Shown: positions 62,402 to 64,000 of the stretch, piece by piece
Position numbering within the stretch: position 1 is the first letter of the stretch
How the letters are laid out: every line of letters starts with the position of its first letter
Source: Gammaproteobacteria bacterium
Lineage (GTDB): Bacteria; Pseudomonadota; Gammaproteobacteria; Ga0077554; Ga007554
Reading direction: 5' to 3'
Assembly: GCA_016191235.1 (NCBI GenBank)
Contig: JACPOZ010000021.1
Location: forward strand, 4,131-68,130
DNA: 64,000 nucleotides
The notes under the pieces: generated by a model
Told to the model about the DNA's origin: nothing
Database searches by the model: none
What the model saw: only the letters and a program-made list of their open reading frames with translations
Program-made: the position numbers and the translations under genes

Positions 62402-63192
62402 CCCGGAAACCCGCAATGGAAGGCATAACCGTATTAGTTACACGCCCGGCCCACCAGTCACAGCGCTTGTGCGAACTGATCGAGGCCGAGGGTGGGCGCG
62501 CAGTACTGCTTCCCGCGATTGAGATCCTCGATCCGCAGGACATAAACGCGACGCAGGAACTCCTCGACCGTCTCAATGAATTCGACATCGCCATCTTCAT
62601 CAGCGCCAATGCCGTGAGCAAGACAATGGAACTGTTGTCGCCGCGCCACGACTGGCCGCCACACCTGAAGGTGGCCGCAGTAGGCGCGCGTACTGCCGAG
62701 GAATTGCAGCACCGTGGTAGACCTGTCGATATCCGCCCCCATCAGCAGTTCAATAGCGAGGCGCTACTCGCCCTGGACATAATGGGTGATGTCGCATCCA
62801 AAAGAATCGTAATTTTCCGTGGTGAGGGTGGCCGCGAACTGCTGGGTGACACACTCAGGGAGCGCGGCGCGCATGTGGAGTACGCAGAAGTCTACCGGCG
62901 CGGCAAACCCGCCGTGAATTTCAACAGCGTGATGAACGCCGGGATTGATGCCATCATCGTAACCAGCAATGAGGGCCTGCGCAACTTATGGGAAATGGCG
63001 GGCGAAACGGGCAGGGAATGGCTGCTGTACATACCCCTGGTGGTGATCAGCCAGCGCACCGCAGACCTGGCAGGTGAACTTGGCTTTGTCTGCCCGCCAC
63101 TGATAGCAGGCGAGGCCAGCGATGCGGGACTGGTGGCTGCGATCAGGGACTGGTGTAATATCGAGCGCGCCTCATCTGTGAACGTGACATGA
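62398..63192 (+). CDS. hemD: uroporphyrinogen-III synthase
   Basis: 264 aa. ATGA overlap with the hemC stop. [10 protein letters not shown] motif. Confidence 0.88.
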   Translation: MTRKPAMEGITVLVTRPAHQSQRLCELIEAEGGRAVLLPAIEILDPQDINATQELLDRLNEFDIAIFISANAVSKTMELLSPRHDWPPHLKVAAVGARTAEELQHRGRPVDIRPHQQFNSEALLALDIMGDVASKRIVIFRGEGGRELLGDTLRERGAHVEYAEVYRRGKPAVNFNSVMNAGIDAIIVTSNEGLRNLWEMAGETGREWLLYIPLVVISQRTADLAGELGFVCPPLIAGEASDAGLVAAIRDWCNIERASSVNVT

Positions 63193-64000
63193 ACGACAGC
63201 GAAAAAGCATCAGGGCATTCCGGCGCGGAACCCGCCTCAATCGACCACACCCACCCGGCGCAGCCTCCCAAAAAACCAGAACCATCCGCCGCCCCGCGTG
63301 ATGCAAAGGGATCGACGAATGCCATGGATGCACGGATGCGCAGGAACAGCCCGGCGCTATTTCTGGTGCTGTTTGCGCTGCTGCTCACATTAGGCCTGGG
63401 CGCAGCAGGTTATTTCCTCTGGACCGGCCAGCAGGCGCTCAACCATGACATGGCCCGAACCAGCACCGCGCTGCGCGTGTTGGACGACACCATCAAAAGC
63501 GAACTCAAAGGCCTGAATGAGCTGCGGGCCGAGCAGCAGGCGTTGCGCACTTTCACGCAGGAAATGCGCTCCAGCATGGAAAAAAGCCATGATTTTTCGA
63601 CGGCATCCGACGCCGAGTACCTGATGCGCATCGCCAGCCACCGTCTGCTCCTGGAGCAGGACGTGTCCACCGCCATCACTGCCCTGGAAGAGGCCAACCA
63701 GCGGCTGGGGGAAGCAGCCGACCCCGCCCTGCTTGAAACGCGCCAACAGTTGATAGATGAAATCACCCAATTAAAAGCCGTACCGCAACCGGATATCGCG
63801 GGTGCATCCTTAACGCTCAACAGCCTGCAAAACCAAGTGGAACGATGGACGCCGCTGGGATCGCAAACCAAGGCACCCACCGCATCGCTTCCTCGTGAGA
63901 CAAAAAATTTCTGGAGCGGCGCGTGGGAAGAACTCAAAAGCCTGGTGATAATCAAGCGCACCGATCAGGCCATCCTGCCGCTGGCCAGCCCTGATCAGCG
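63189..64000 (+). CDS. hemX: HemX-like membrane protein (partial, runs off the window)
   Basis: Open frame from the ATG at 63189 (ATGA overlap with hemD) to the window end, so it is absent from the ORF track. Pro/charged N-terminus, a TM helix ALFLVLFALLLTLGLGAAGYFLW, then coiled-coil-like sequence. hemC-hemD-hemX synteny. Confidence 0.75.
   Translation, partial: MNDSEKASGHSGAEPASIDHTHPAQPPKKPEPSAAPRDAKGSTNAMDARMRRNSPALFLVLFALLLTLGLGAAGYFLWTGQQALNHDMARTSTALRVLDDTIKSELKGLNELRAEQQALRTFTQEMRSSMEKSHDFSTASDAEYLMRIASHRLLLEQDVSTAITALEEANQRLGEAADPALLETRQQLIDEITQLKAVPQPDIAGASLTLNSLQNQVERWTPLGSQTKAPTASLPRETKNFWSGAWEELKSLVIIKRTDQAILPLASPDQ

Overview
A 64-kb stretch of a fairly high-GC proteobacterial chromosome, mostly housekeeping genes. 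The synteny blocks are typical of Pseudomonas-like Gammaproteobacteria and autotrophic Beta/Gammaproteobacteria. In order: tRNA-Lys; a Calvin-cycle/glycolytic string tkt-gap-pgk-pyk-fba (minus strand); a MazEF-like toxin-antitoxin pair; a GlcD-like FAD oxidase; rsmI divergent from lpoA-yraN-dolP; a MarC-family protein; a DUF2892-like protein; mtnD-mtnB; rhlB divergent from trxA-rho; glgP; ssb; an MFS transporter; uvrA; rpsF-rpsR-(DUF2232-like membrane protein)-rplI-dnaB-alr-Dabb; xthA; pyrE; coaBC-dut-algC-argB; radC-rpmB-rpmG; and argH divergent from algZ-algR-hemC-hemD-hemX. Four accessory patches interrupt this backbone. (1) An orphan SWIM zinc-finger protein lies downstream of uvrA, after about 590 bp of apparently decayed sequence. 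(2, 3) Two paralogous secreted beta-propeller proteins with a GlyGly-CTERM-like tail are each inserted as a single gene into a conserved junction. Each is bracketed by a long direct duplication of the flanking target, 125 bp (124/125 identical) and about 52 bp (44/52 identical). (4) A roughly 10-kb, visibly more AT-rich, all-minus-strand locus runs from about 37.0 to 47.5 kb. It encodes a divergent cbb3-type (C-family) heme-copper oxidase core (CcoN-like plus an enlarged CcoO-like) without CcoP. It also carries several unrecognisable small membrane proteins and micro-ORFs, a CcoS-like peptide, a second FixO-like monoheme cytochrome, a membrane-anchored FGE/NirV-family protein and a fused MFS/spermidine-synthase-like protein. 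This locus is my best candidate for an undescribed system. The dnaB start is also directly abutted by a 271-bp nested-palindrome (MITE-like) element, and several REP-like hairpin repeats are present. I saw no rRNA, CRISPR array, transposase or integrase. All calls come from reading the sequence and ORF translations; no database search was run.
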